Below, piece by piece: positions 6,673 through 17,085 of a stretch of DNA of 36,830 nucleotides. The stretch spans positions 1-36,830 of IMG/VR virus record IMGVR_UViG_3300033407_000070. One strand, written 5' to 3'. The translations under genes and the position numbers were made by a program. The notes below the pieces were generated by a model. That model was not told the DNA's origin. It did no database searches and saw only the letters and a list, made by a program, of their open reading frames with translations. Each line of letters begins with the position of its first letter. The first letter of the stretch is position 1. The stretch is from a virus (taxonomy: Duplodnaviria; Caudoviricetes).

Positions 6673-9600
6673 CGGCTGATCCTTTCATAGGCCTGCTGAT
6701 AGATGGCTTTGCGCTGTTTGTTGATTGCTTCGATCCGGTCCCGCTTTGCTGTCGCGCTCATCGAGGATGAGAAGACCTGTTTCTCCCGCTTTTTCAGGGC
6801 GGCCAGCCGCTGACTGGTGAGGTTGACAAACCGCTTATAACGCAACGGCTCCGCCCGTGCCAGATCCCGCGCCTTGTCCATATCGCCAAGCTGTTTGTAA
6901 TGGCTGACCGTGGCGGACAGTTCATTGACTTCCCGCGCAAAGTCGTAATAGCGCGTAGCGAACTTACTGCGTCCGGCATCGCTGCGCACAAACCGCCCCA
7001 GCCCCGGCAGGTCGTCCATGGTCGGTGCGGGCCGGGCCGGGGTGCCCTTGCCCCAGCGGTACGCGGTGTCGGCCATACCGAGCAACGTCGTGCCGAGTAC
7101 GGCGAAATGGCCTTGAATCATGTGTTCCATTTTAATCGGCGAGAGATTCAAGCCCTTGCCGAGATCCTTGAGCAGTTCCGGGGTCCACGGCTGGCTGCGT
7201 TCCCCGGCGGGCAGTCTTTCCAAAGCCATTCCTTCCAGGGGCCTACCGGTAAAGGCGCTTTTGTTGGCATACGCTTCGATGGACGGCGCAAACGCGGCGG
7301 GAGCGCCCACCGAAAAGGTTTCGGTTAAAGTGTGGCCGAGAAAGCGTAAGAAGAAATCGTATTCCTCATCGCCGGTCAGGGCGGCGGCAGCGCTTTCCGC
7401 CAGGGTCGAGAAGATCGCGCCGACTTCAAACGCTTTCGGGATACGGAAATGCTGGTCGCCAATCCAGAAATGATGATACTGCCACTTTTCCCAGTCTTCC
7501 ATATCTTTGTAGCGTTCATCGTCATGGAACAGTGCCCATAGCAGCATTGAAGCGGCAGACACCAAGGCCCCTTTGACCAGAAACGCTTTCGGGTCGCTCT
7601 TCGCGCCGCGATACAGCCGGTCCAAACCCTGTATCCGGGCATTGAGAAACGGTGTGGTCATCGCCAACACCCGCACGGCGTTACTTGCCCCGGTGCGAAA
7701 GAAGTCCAGCAAGTCCCTGCCTTCATAGGCCGCGTTGAGGTGGCTTGCTTTTTTCATTTTGAGATTGGAATAAAGCTGCACCCGCGCCGCCATTTCCGAG
7801 GCGTGGCCGATTTTTTCCCAAAACGCCCACAGTTTGCGCGGGGTGTCGAGCATATTGCCCTTCGCTTCGCGTTTGACGATCTTTTCAATGCTCCGCGCCA
7901 TCGCCTTCGGGTCGCCGGAATCCACCCAACCTTGGCTCATGCCCCCGCCGGACGCCATGAAGGCGATATAGTCGGGCGATTCCAGCCAGACCTGCACCAC
8001 GCCCCTGGCGGTATCCATGAACGGGGCAAAGGACTTGGAGACCACCGCCGTATGCACCGTGTCGCGCAGCAGGTTGGCGATCCTAAAGGCCGGGCCGATG
8101 GTTGCGCCAACCGTGAGCATCCGTTTCGCGCTGCCGAGGACTTTCAGCAGCGTGGAATCGAACGCTTTGGCGTTGGTTTCCGCCAGGGCTTCGAACAGGT
8201 CAATATCTTCCACCTTCAAGTATACCGGCTGGCCGTTTTCCTGAAAGGAGATAATGTTGTTTTCGCGCCGCGCTCCCGGTGATTTTAAACTTTCGTTGCC
8301 GGGCATCCTGCTGGCCAGGCCGAGATTCGTCGCCACCTCTGCGGCGCTCGCCCTAGCCACGTTGCGCTGGCTTTCCTGGATCAGGTGCGACCAGTTACGC
8401 AGCACGTTTTCAATCGGATCGCCCAGTTTCTCTTCGCCGCCCTTAAGCCGTTTGATCTGCGCGGAGATATGTTTCTTGCTCTTGTGCGGGCCGCTGAAAA
8501 ATTCCGCTTGCTGGTCTTCCATGATCCGGAAAAACGGCAGGTAAAAATCGCGCATCCAGGAGTCGATCTGTTCCTGCGACACCACCCCGGCTTCTCTGGT
8601 AATGTCGATAATGTTCTGGTTGTATTGCTGAAACTTTTCGTTGTGCGCCGCAAACTGCTCTTCCTTCGCCGCACGCTGCTCATCGCTCAGGCCGGTAAAG
8701 ATTTCCTTGTACAGCTGTTCGCGGACCGGAGGGGTCAGCCAGTTTTCCCGTCTTTCGCCTTCGAGCTTTTCGGCGCGTTTGGCGGCGATCCAGTAAAAGA
8801 GGTCGCGCCCGTCCGCATCGAGGCTTTTCAGCCACGGTAGAAACCCCTGGTTCTTCTCCGTAACGGTCAAGGCCCCCTGGTCCCACGACAGTTTGCCGTG
8901 TTGCAGAGCAGTGGCTAGTACGGCATGGGTATTGCCGAGCAAACGATGCTGCTGGTAGGTCTCTTCTCCCAGCCGCTCAATCGGGTGCAGCCGGTCGACC
9001 AGTTGGGTCCGCGCCCGGTCGGCGGCTTGCTTGATATCCGTGCTCTTGAGGGCATTAAAAGCCCCGTCGATGGCGCTGCGCAGACTGTGCTGTTGCGGGG
9101 TGTCGAACAGGGTGCCGATGATGCCTTGTTTCGTCTCCGGATTGCCGGTGGTGAGTTTGCGGGAGTAGGATATGCGTGGGTCTTCGGGGTTGAAGTCGCC
9201 ATTGTTGTCCGTGGCTGATTTGATTTGCGCCGGGGAGAATACGGCGTATGAGAGACCGGCCCCCTCTAGCGCATTTTCATAAATAACTCCGTCGTACCCA
9301 AGCCTCTCAATGAGGATGCCTAACGCTGAGTGAAAGCTTTTAATCTCGCTGGAGTTAAACAAATCCCTTAAATCATCTGCCTCCAGGAGACCTGTGGCAA
9401 AACTGTCTACAGCGTCGGCGGCAGAAAAGACTTCATCAAGGATCGTTTCGACTTCCTTGGTGGCGTTTTCATACCAAGCTGATGTTTTACCCGTCGCGTC
9501 ATAAAGAATTTTTTCTAACAAATCGTTGTGATAACTACCATCCACATAATAATCTTCCGTTTCAACGACTAATGGGTCGTAATCAAGCTCAAGAGGGTTC

Positions 9601-12600
9601 TCCATTTTCAAATATACAGGGACAACCCTTCCATTTTCGGCGCTTTCAAACTTTGTCTTTGCAATTGCGGCGTTGGCTTGACCAATGTTGCCGAAATGTA
9701 TTCCAAAATCTTTAGATTTTGCTGTATCGAAGGTGTCAAAATCCGCCTTCGTCCCATGGTACACCACCAACGGTTCGCCATTCTCGTCCACAACTTTTGA
9801 ATCCCCAAACCACTTCTTAAACGCTTCACTAAACGGTGCCTTCCGCTGATACGCCATCGCCTCACCTCTGTGGATAAAATCAACTCCCTCTCCGGTAGTT
9901 ATATACGTATCCACGTTGGCAATCAAGTTGCGCAGTTCCGCTTTGGAAAGATTGAGGCCCGGAAAGACGCTTCGCACCCATTCGCGCACCTTGGCAATCA
10001 CCGAATCAAGGAACTTGTGCGCTTTGTTCTGCCTTACCAGATCCACCAGTATCTCTTCGGCGGCCATCAAGCGGTTGGGCTGGGTCTTCTCAATCTTGTA
10101 GCGGTCGAGGTATTGGGCCACTTCCTTGTTGAAGACGATGGCCGCTTGAGCGAGAACCGGCTTCTTGTTGCCGCCCAGGATATGTTCCAGACCCAAGTGG
10201 CGGGCTTCGTGAATCAAAGCCTTCTGCGCCGTTTCCAGCGAATCGAGGTTGTCGGCGACAAGATGGATGTTGCCGCGCCAGTACACCCCGTCAAACTGGC
10301 CGCTCATGTTCTCGCTTTTCAGGATATAGACCAGATCCACCGGCAGTTCGTTTTCCGACTGGTGGAGGTGGACCTTGCCGAGGGCTCCGGGGAGTTTGGC
10401 CAGAGAGTCTTTCAGACCGGCTTCGAGGTCGGCAAGTTGGGTGCCGGTGCCGGTGTTGCGCTGGAAACTCGCCACCGTGCCAAACGGTTCCGCATTAAAC
10501 CGGCTGCGAATCTGCTCCGGGGCAAAGGGTACCGCCACCACTTCGTCCGACATTCGGGATACGGCTCCGTCGTACCCGGCTTGCCGATAGGCTCTGATCT
10601 GTCCCGGCGTCAAGTCCTTGATGGCGTCGAAAGGTAAGTCGAGGGGTTTCTGGATGCCGAGTTCCACCGGGTAGACCCGCTGTCCGCCTTCCTGTTTCTT
10701 GTTGTTGGCGTAGACCGAAGCAATCTCCGCTTTGGTGGTAAACCAGCTTGGCGTGTTGAAGGCGGAGACATCCTGTTTGGTGCCGTGGTAGAATTGCAGC
10801 GGCTGGCCGTTTTCGCTGAGGGCGGTTTTGCGGGCGTCCTTGCGGGAAAAGAACGCCGAGTCGTCCGGCATGGAGCGTTCAAGCGCCAAGGACTCCCCAT
10901 CTGCCGTGACCGCATCCAGCGCCCGCAAGCCAGCGGCGTTGCCGAAGCGTATCACGTTCTCCGCCGCGTCCCGGTCGGCCAGGCTGGGGAAGGAAATAAA
11001 CATCACCGAGGCATTAGATTGAGACGTAGCCCGCAGGATCAGCGATTGCCCCTTGTCTATGTCGCCCTGCCGCAGTTCCCGCATTTCGTCGGCCGTCATC
11101 GGTATCCAGGCCACCGGGATGTTTTTGGTATTCGCCAACAAGACCCCGCTGCCGCGCCCTTTCAGATATTTCAGGACCGCTTCGGAATCGGTTAAGGGGT
11201 TGTCTTTGGATGTCCTCTTTAATTGAGAGTCTATTTTGGGGATGGTGCCGGTTCGCGGGGCGGGGGTGGCTTTGCCTGCGTCCTTGTTCTGGCCGATAGA
11301 CATAAAGTTACCGCTGGAGCCTATAACGATATGGCCACTGACGGTCATCCCGCTGCCGTACAGCAGATCTTCCAGGCGCTCGGTAATGGCAATGTCTTCC
11401 CTTGACGGCAGTGGGTTGCCGGTCGGGTGGTTGTGTCCGAGCCAAACCGAAGCCGCTCCGGGAACATCCATCATCGCCCCGGCAAACACCTTCGGGTCCA
11501 CAATACTGGCGCTGGCGCTGCCGGTGGAGACATCGAGCACCGCGAGAGGCTGGTTGTTTTTGCCCAAAATCAACGCGACAAAGTTTTCCTTGGCCTTCTT
11601 TCGCAACGCGGCGAGAACATGGGCGGCATCGGCGGCGCTTTCAACTTTAGACAGGCCGAGTTTAAAGGTGCCAGTCTGAACCTGATCTACTTGCGCGGCG
11701 AGGTTGGCGCGGATTTTTCGCGGGATGGCGGGGTAGCCTTTGGGCCGGTAGTAGGATAGTCGTCCTGCGGGGTAAAGGTTCCCTCCGGTTTCGTCCCGTC
11801 CGGTAGTCTTTCCTGTATCGTCCGGTACGGCATCGAAATTAAATTCCGCTTGCCCATATTTGCCTCCCTTCTCCTTGACTGTGCCGTATTCTGGTGGAGA
11901 ATCGAACTCCATCTGTTTGGCATCGTCCGCCGCCACGGCCATTTCGTCTTCCATCGCCAGGGTCGTGACATTCTGGCCCGGTTGGGCTTTTTTGCCAAAA
12001 GTCGGCGGGGTGGCGAACGGTTTACCGTCGTCGCCTACTTTTTGGGCGGCTTGGGTTGCCTTTTGGTCGGCACGAAGCCCGTCTGTTTGTCCTTCTTGAT
12101 CCGCTCCCAGACCTTCTGTGCTGATTTGCCCATTATTCTGCTCCGTAATCGCTAAGAGGGCTTGTAATATCTCCGCGTCCGAACGGCTACTTTCCATGAT
12201 AGCATCGGCGGCGTTTTCGTCAACCGCTTTGGCCATCTCGTAAGCGTCGCGGATAAGGCGGTCGGTTTCGTTCCATTCCGGTTCGTAGGCGCTTTCTTCA
12301 AAGGCGTTACCGGTAATGCCCGCTTCGCTCAAGCGCCGGTCGAGGGCGTCCTGCCAAGCGGCCACTATCTGCTTCTGTTTCGGAGCCAGTTTCTTGCCCT
12401 GGGCGTAGTTTCGCAACGCGGCGGTGACTTCCTTGACCGGGTAGCCTTCTTCAATATACCAGCTATGCGCGAGGCTATTGGCGCTGATTTCGGCGTTCTT
12501 TTTAAAGCCGTCGATGACCAGTTTTTCCGAGTTCTTAGCGTTGCTTTCAATATCGGCGGCGTCGATTTCGGCGGCGAGACGGCGGGTATCTTCGGCGGTC

Positions 12601-15221
12601 GGTTCGGCGAAGGGGTCAACCGATAAGCCTTCGTCAGTGGTAAAATTCTGTACTGCCGTACCAGTATTTTCCCCCACAACCCTCGTTTTTCCCGGCTTAA
12701 CTCCTGCTATAGCAGTATATGCCTCCGTTTTGCCGCTCTTCTCCAGCCGAGCAATCCGGTCTTCCAGCCCCTGGCCGTTCTTTAAACTACCGTCCGGAGC
12801 AACGACGAACAGTTTGCCTTTCTTGTTGCGAGCGAAGACGTAGCCCTTTAATGCGGCAGCGTCGTCGGTCACGGTAAAGGTTTGCTGGATGCCTTTGAGG
12901 GATTGCAGGGTGGCGGCTACCCCGGTTTGCGGCGTTTCTGCGCTGGGTGGGGCCGCAGGTTGATATCGTTCAAACGAATCAGGATCTCCGGCTATTTCAT
13001 CGCGCCAAAATTCCTGATCGGCATAATCCGCCTTGTTTATGGCGGCGTCTTCAGTGTCAGCACGGTCAATAATATAACCGTCCAGCACAACGGCGAATCC
13101 GCCATCTGAAGGTAAGATGGATATTCCCTTGGTCTTGTTTTGCTCGGCTCTTTTTTGCGCAAGATCAATAAGCTTTTTCCCTATATCCGATGGTTCTTGG
13201 CTAAAGGTGCCTGACGGACTCTGATATTGTTGGGCTTTAGCTGCCCAATTATACGCCAAGGTGTGCTTTTCATCGTCACTTATGGCGGTGCCTATGGCGG
13301 CACGAAGCTCCTTATCGGCCTGCTCTAGCACTTCTGGCGGCGCTGAACGACGGATGGCATCCCCACCCCACACGTTTATCAAAGTGTGTTTAAGTTCGTT
13401 GTCTGCCGCAGTACCTTCGTTCTGTTCTGGCTCGGCTTGCGCTACCTGCCGCTGCCGTACCTGCTCATTCCTTTGCCGCAAGTCATCCAAAATCGTCGCT
13501 TCCCGCGCCTTGAAGGTCGAAAGGTTCTTGCGCTGGCGGGGCGTACGGGACTTCTCCGGGGTTGTTTCCAGATTGGCCATCTTGCCTTGCACTTCGGCGA
13601 GTTCCTTTTGCAGACCGGGGATTTCCCGCTCCCACATGCCGAGGTCGCCTTGTGGCATCCCCTGGTTGACCAGATCGTTGTATTGCTGCGTGGTAAAGGC
13701 GGTGCCTTCCGGGGTCACTTGAATGGCCGGAGCGGGCAATAGCCGGTTCGGGTTACGCAATGGGGCCTGTTGCGGCACGAAGGATTCCAAGCCTTGCGGC
13801 TGTGGCATGGCTTCTTGTGGTTGGGTCTGGCCTCTGAGAGCAGCGAGTTCCGTTTCCAGTCGTTGCAGATTTTGCACCATCTGCGGGGTCTGCTGGACCT
13901 GCATGGTCTGGCGCAAGGTTTCGACTTTGCGTTGCAACTCCGCTTCGCGTTCGGCGTCGGCCTGGCGGTTAAGCGAGGCTTGGGCGTTGGCCGGGTCGCC
14001 GACCTGTTGGGCAAAAACATCGCCGCCTTGCTGGGCTTCCGGCGTCCGCTGTTCGCCGCGAATCTGCGCCAGTTGCGCTTCGACGTTCTGCGTGACCCGC
14101 TGTTGCAGGCTGGCGTCTTCCTGGGCGGCTTCGGTCTGCTTTTCGGCCATCAGCCGGGAAAGGGTGTCGCCGGTGGGTTGGTCGCTGGTGGATGGGTCGC
14201 CAGTGGGGGCTGGGCCGGGTTGAAGGCTCTGCTGAAAACCCTGCGGGTCTTTCGCGGCGAGGTCGGCCAGTTGATCCGCGACCGACGAGACGGCGGCGTT
14301 CAGTTCGCTGTCCGGCACTCCGGCGTCTTGAGCGGCTTTGACCATTTGGTTGAGCTTGGCGGTTCCTGCGCCCATAATACCGCCGGACCCGGCCCCGCCG
14401 ATGACCGATTCAACAATCCCTTCGGCTAAAGAACGGGATTGATCGTAACCGACCTTGGCAATCAGGTTCTGCCATAAGGTCTGTGTGGCTTCCTGCGCCC
14501 CTTCTTCGACGGCTCCTTTTAACGCACCCTTGAGCGCCCCGCCCTCAAACTTGAGTATGGCGTCAATCGGTAGTTTTTCCAACAAAGTATTGCCGATAGT
14601 GGAGGCGGCTCCAGCGAGTGAGGCTTTACCGACACTCTTTCCGGCTTCACGGGCTTCTTCGTATTGTCCGGCTCCTTCAGCGAAACCCAATAAACCCGCT
14701 CCGGCCCACGCGCTGCCGGTCAGACCGCCGGTGGCGATGGCTGCGAACAGAGAAGGCACCCCTTCGGCAATGATGCCCGCTGCCCGTTTTAACGACGGGT
14801 TCTCCATAAATGTGCCGGAGAAGGTTTGTTGATCGGGGGCCATCTCTTCCTGCATCGACATATCGGAGACGTCGGAAATTGTCTTGCCGGTCGAAGCGAT
14901 CTTGTCGGCGAACGTCAGGCCGGTGGTATCGGTGCCGGGCGCGAGGAATTGCGCTTCGCCGCCCAAGGACTCCCCGAGCCAGCGGGTGCCGGAACCGGCC
15001 ACACCCTTAATTAAACCGATACCGCCGCGCATGACGCCCTTACCGACGGTTTCAACGTAGCCGTCCGGTTCGGGGGTCGTTAGATCGGCGTACTGCCCGA
15101 ATTGGTCGGCCGGTTTTTGGTCTACTTGCTGGTCCGGTTTTGGGTCCGGTTGGGTCAGGTCGGCATACTGGCCGAAGTTCTTCTTGCGGCGCTCAAACAC
15201 GGCGTTGGGGTCGAAAGGCAT
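6669..15221 (-). CDS. Giant polyvalent ejection protein: RadC/JAB, degenerate JAB, ART-PolyVal-like x2, zincin, C-terminal LPD38-like
   Basis: KENF...GHNHPTG.PLPSRED...HIVIG (~11300-11650); YHGT...VYPV.L...PL...GYDG (~10490-10810 and ~9170-9830); LIHEARH (~10200); EKWQYHHFWIG...RIPKAFEVG (~7500). Confidence 0.85.
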   Translation of the reverse strand: MPFDPNAVFERRKKNFGQYADLTQPDPKPDQQVDQKPADQFGQYADLTTPEPDGYVETVGKGVMRGGIGLIKGVAGSGTRWLGESLGGEAQFLAPGTDTTGLTFADKIASTGKTISDVSDMSMQEEMAPDQQTFSGTFMENPSLKRAAGIIAEGVPSLFAAIATGGLTGSAWAGAGLLGFAEGAGQYEEAREAGKSVGKASLAGAASTIGNTLLEKLPIDAILKFEGGALKGALKGAVEEGAQEATQTLWQNLIAKVGYDQSRSLAEGIVESVIGGAGSGGIMGAGTAKLNQMVKAAQDAGVPDSELNAAVSSVADQLADLAAKDPQGFQQSLQPGPAPTGDPSTSDQPTGDTLSRLMAEKQTEAAQEDASLQQRVTQNVEAQLAQIRGEQRTPEAQQGGDVFAQQVGDPANAQASLNRQADAEREAELQRKVETLRQTMQVQQTPQMVQNLQRLETELAALRGQTQPQEAMPQPQGLESFVPQQAPLRNPNRLLPAPAIQVTPEGTAFTTQQYNDLVNQGMPQGDLGMWEREIPGLQKELAEVQGKMANLETTPEKSRTPRQRKNLSTFKAREATILDDLRQRNEQVRQRQVAQAEPEQNEGTAADNELKHTLINVWGGDAIRRSAPPEVLEQADKELRAAIGTAISDDEKHTLAYNWAAKAQQYQSPSGTFSQEPSDIGKKLIDLAQKRAEQNKTKGISILPSDGGFAVVLDGYIIDRADTEDAAINKADYADQEFWRDEIAGDPDSFERYQPAAPPSAETPQTGVAATLQSLKGIQQTFTVTDDAAALKGYVFARNKKGKLFVVAPDGSLKNGQGLEDRIARLEKSGKTEAYTAIAGVKPGKTRVVGENTGTAVQNFTTDEGLSVDPFAEPTAEDTRRLAAEIDAADIESNAKNSEKLVIDGFKKNAEISANSLAHSWYIEEGYPVKEVTAALRNYAQGKKLAPKQKQIVAAWQDALDRRLSEAGITGNAFEESAYEPEWNETDRLIRDAYEMAKAVDENAADAIMESSRSDAEILQALLAITEQNNGQISTEGLGADQEGQTDGLRADQKATQAAQKVGDDGKPFATPPTFGKKAQPGQNVTTLAMEDEMAVAADDAKQMEFDSPPEYGTVKEKGGKYGQAEFNFDAVPDDTGKTTGRDETGGNLYPAGRLSYYRPKGYPAIPRKIRANLAAQVDQVQTGTFKLGLSKVESAADAAHVLAALRKKAKENFVALILGKNNQPLAVLDVSTGSASASIVDPKVFAGAMMDVPGAASVWLGHNHPTGNPLPSREDIAITERLEDLLYGSGMTVSGHIVIGSSGNFMSIGQNKDAGKATPAPRTGTIPKIDSQLKRTSKDNPLTDSEAVLKYLKGRGSGVLLANTKNIPVAWIPMTADEMRELRQGDIDKGQSLILRATSQSNASVMFISFPSLADRDAAENVIRFGNAAGLRALDAVTADGESLALERSMPDDSAFFSRKDARKTALSENGQPLQFYHGTKQDVSAFNTPSWFTTKAEIASVYANNKKQEGGQRVYPVELGIQKPLDLPFDAIKDLTPGQIRAYRQAGYDGAVSRMSDEVVAVPFAPEQIRSRFNAEPFGTVASFQRNTGTGTQLADLEAGLKDSLAKLPGALGKVHLHQSENELPVDLVYILKSENMSGQFDGVYWRGNIHLVADNLDSLETAQKALIHEARHLGLEHILGGNKKPVLAQAAIVFNKEVAQYLDRYKIEKTQPNRLMAAEEILVDLVRQNKAHKFLDSVIAKVREWVRSVFPGLNLSKAELRNLIANVDTYITTGEGVDFIHRGEAMAYQRKAPFSEAFKKWFGDSKVVDENGEPLVVYHGTKADFDTFDTAKSKDFGIHFGNIGQANAAIAKTKFESAENGRVVPVYLKMENPLELDYDPLVVETEDYYVDGSYHNDLLEKILYDATGKTSAWYENATKEVETILDEVFSAADAVDSFATGLLEADDLRDLFNSSEIKSFHSALGILIERLGYDGVIYENALEGAGLSYAVFSPAQIKSATDNNGDFNPEDPRISYSRKLTTGNPETKQGIIGTLFDTPQQHSLRSAIDGAFNALKSTDIKQAADRARTQLVDRLHPIERLGEETYQQHRLLGNTHAVLATALQHGKLSWDQGALTVTEKNQGFLPWLKSLDADGRDLFYWIAAKRAEKLEGERRENWLTPPVREQLYKEIFTGLSDEQRAAKEEQFAAHNEKFQQYNQNIIDITREAGVVSQEQIDSWMRDFYLPFFRIMEDQQAEFFSGPHKSKKHISAQIKRLKGGEEKLGDPIENVLRNWSHLIQESQRNVARASAAEVATNLGLASRMPGNESLKSPGARRENNIISFQENGQPVYLKVEDIDLFEALAETNAKAFDSTLLKVLGSAKRMLTVGATIGPAFRIANLLRDTVHTAVVSKSFAPFMDTARGVVQVWLESPDYIAFMASGGGMSQGWVDSGDPKAMARSIEKIVKREAKGNMLDTPRKLWAFWEKIGHASEMAARVQLYSNLKMKKASHLNAAYEGRDLLDFFRTGASNAVRVLAMTTPFLNARIQGLDRLYRGAKSDPKAFLVKGALVSAASMLLWALFHDDERYKDMEDWEKWQYHHFWIGDQHFRIPKAFEVGAIFSTLAESAAAALTGDEEYDFFLRFLGHTLTETFSVGAPAAFAPSIEAYANKSAFTGRPLEGMALERLPAGERSQPWTPELLKDLGKGLNLSPIKMEHMIQGHFAVLGTTLLGMADTAYRWGKGTPARPAPTMDDLPGLGRFVRSDAGRSKFATRYYDFAREVNELSATVSHYKQLGDMDKARDLARAEPLRYKRFVNLTSQRLAALKKREKQVFSSSMSATAKRDRIEAINKQRKAIYQQAYERISR

Positions 15222-15229
15222 TCGCCCTC

Positions 15230-16519
15230 CTATTCAAGGTCAGAAAAGTATTTCGCGGCTACCGAATCGCCCCACGTAGAGCGGAATCGATCCATAATGT
15301 CTTTGGCGCGTTTGGGCGAGGCTTGCATGGCGGCGCGGGCGGCTCCCAGATCCTCTTGTAAGCCTTCCGGCTGCATCACCCGGTAGCTGCCGTCGGCCTG
15401 AGGTAGAACCAGTTGGTCGCCGTATTCGCCCGCCAGTTTGATCGGGTCGTTTTGCTTGGTGCCGCGTTGGCCGGAGAGTTCCGCCGCCGTCATCGACGCT
15501 TGCGCCTTGAGCATGTCGGCATCGGCCATGCGCGAACGCACCCGGTTCTGGAACGCTTCGCTGGCAATATCCGAATCCCCCTTACGGATGGTCAGTTCGT
15601 TGAGGGCGGTATCGTAACTCTGGCCGCGTTTGGCTTCATCAATGGTGGCGTAATCCTTCTTCGGGTTGTTGGGATTAAAGAACTGCGGTCCTTCCGGGCC
15701 GGTCACGCGGTTCAGGTCCTCTTCGCCGCGCACGCCGTAGCCGCGTTCCTGGCTGAGTTGTGCTGCGGCGTTCTCCCGGCGGAAAGAGAGAGCTTCGCGG
15801 TTGCGGCGCATGGCCTGTTCTTCCGGGGTATAGTTCGGCGCTTCGATGGTCAGACCGTGAAAGCGCTGGTCCCGCTGGCCGAGACGAGCGAGTTCCGCCT
15901 TTTCCTGATCCGCCGAAGCCATCTGCTTGTCGATCTGCTCTTGCGGAATCCCCTGCTCCAGTTCTTGTAAGCGGGAGGTCCAGTCGATGTTCTTGCGGGC
16001 TGCCTGGCCGGTGGGCTGCTGGGAAGTAGGGGCAGCTACTTGGCTTGCGCGGGGATTGCGCTGTTCCAGGGCGGCTAACGCCGGGTTTTTCATCAGTCCG
16101 GTGCTGCCATAGGCCCCGTTCACGTTAACCACGGCGGGCGGATTCGGGTCGGCGACGTTCGGCTGAGCCAGCGACGGGTCGGCTTTGACTTGTGCCGCGT
16201 AGCGGTTATAGTTGGCCATCCCCTGCTGCTGTTCGGTCATGGGCGTAGCGATTGGGGTAGCGGATGAGGTAGTGACCGGGGTAGTGGTCGGGGTAGCGGC
16301 TGGCTGCGCCGGTTGCCGTGGCGTCAACAATTGGTCGCTGAGGGTGGCGGTGTTGCGCTGTATCGGCTGGATGGCGGGGCCGCGTAACTGTTCGGCGGTT
16401 TTCGGACCCATGCCGCGAAAAGCGTTGACCGCCCCGGCCCCGACAACAGGAGCCCCGGCGGGAGCCTTTGGAGTCAGCGGTTGCTGCCACCTTTTTCGGA
16501 AATCTTCTGCAAGTGCCAT
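15230..16519 (-). CDS. Putative internal virion/ejection protein
   Basis: Low-complexity Q/P/A/T-rich helical protein before the giant gene; start at MALAEDF with GGAAGGGG SD. Confidence 0.65.
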   Translation of the reverse strand: MALAEDFRKRWQQPLTPKAPAGAPVVGAGAVNAFRGMGPKTAEQLRGPAIQPIQRNTATLSDQLLTPRQPAQPAATPTTTPVTTSSATPIATPMTEQQQGMANYNRYAAQVKADPSLAQPNVADPNPPAVVNVNGAYGSTGLMKNPALAALEQRNPRASQVAAPTSQQPTGQAARKNIDWTSRLQELEQGIPQEQIDKQMASADQEKAELARLGQRDQRFHGLTIEAPNYTPEEQAMRRNREALSFRRENAAAQLSQERGYGVRGEEDLNRVTGPEGPQFFNPNNPKKDYATIDEAKRGQSYDTALNELTIRKGDSDIASEAFQNRVRSRMADADMLKAQASMTAAELSGQRGTKQNDPIKLAGEYGDQLVLPQADGSYRVMQPEGLQEDLGAARAAMQASPKRAKDIMDRFRSTWGDSVAAKYFSDLE

Positions 16520-16540
16520 ATTGTTCACCCCTTCCGGTTG

Positions 16541-16569
16541 ATAATACACGATTGCGTGATATTTTTAAA
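16541..16569 (-). promoter_or_regulatory. Candidate promoter for ejection genes with operator-like site in the spacer
   Basis: TTTAAA-17-TATTAT; CACGATTGCGTG at 16547-16558. Confidence 0.5.
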
Positions 16570-16615
16570 GGAAAAGCCGTTGACTTTACAACGAAAATCC
16601 GTTTATTTAAAGGTC

Positions 16616-17074
16616 TTAACCCCGCTTGCGACGGGAGAGAATCAGCGGCCTGATCTCCACCAGATCGAGGCCGAAATCACAGCCGAGCGTGTTTTCAATC
16701 CGCAGCATCCAGTAACGGCCAGGGTTGGTGCGGCGCATCGCCACCCGCCCGCTCTGACTGACGCCGCTCTTGGAGACGCCCAACTGATAAGTGGTGGTTT
16801 CGGTTTCGTCGCTAGTCGTCTTGAACTGCAAGGTGCCGTCGGTTTCATAGCCGATAAAGGCTTCCCGTAACCGGGCCTGGCGCACGAAATCCACGGTCGG
16901 CAGTTCGATGACTGCCGCGATAGCGCTGCCGTTGTCGTCGTCGCCGCCGAGTTCGCAGACTCCATCACCGAAAGCCACGGTTTTGCCGTTGAACGTCACC
17001 AGACTGGAAAAGGTCCAGTCGGCGTATTGACTGGAAGCGAGGTTCTCCAGTCGGGTACAGATCCCTAGATTCAA
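16616..17074 (-). CDS. Tail protein (nozzle-associated, putative)
   Basis: TTG start with AGGAG SD; beta-rich, GRYW.L.IEN.G.DF.LD C-terminal motif seen in podovirus tail proteins. Confidence 0.65.
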   Translation of the reverse strand: MNLGICTRLENLASSQYADWTFSSLVTFNGKTVAFGDGVCELGGDDDNGSAIAAVIELPTVDFVRQARLREAFIGYETDGTLQFKTTSDETETTTYQLGVSKSGVSQSGRVAMRRTNPGRYWMLRIENTLGCDFGLDLVEIRPLILSRRKRG

Positions 17075-17085
17075 AGGAGGCTCCT

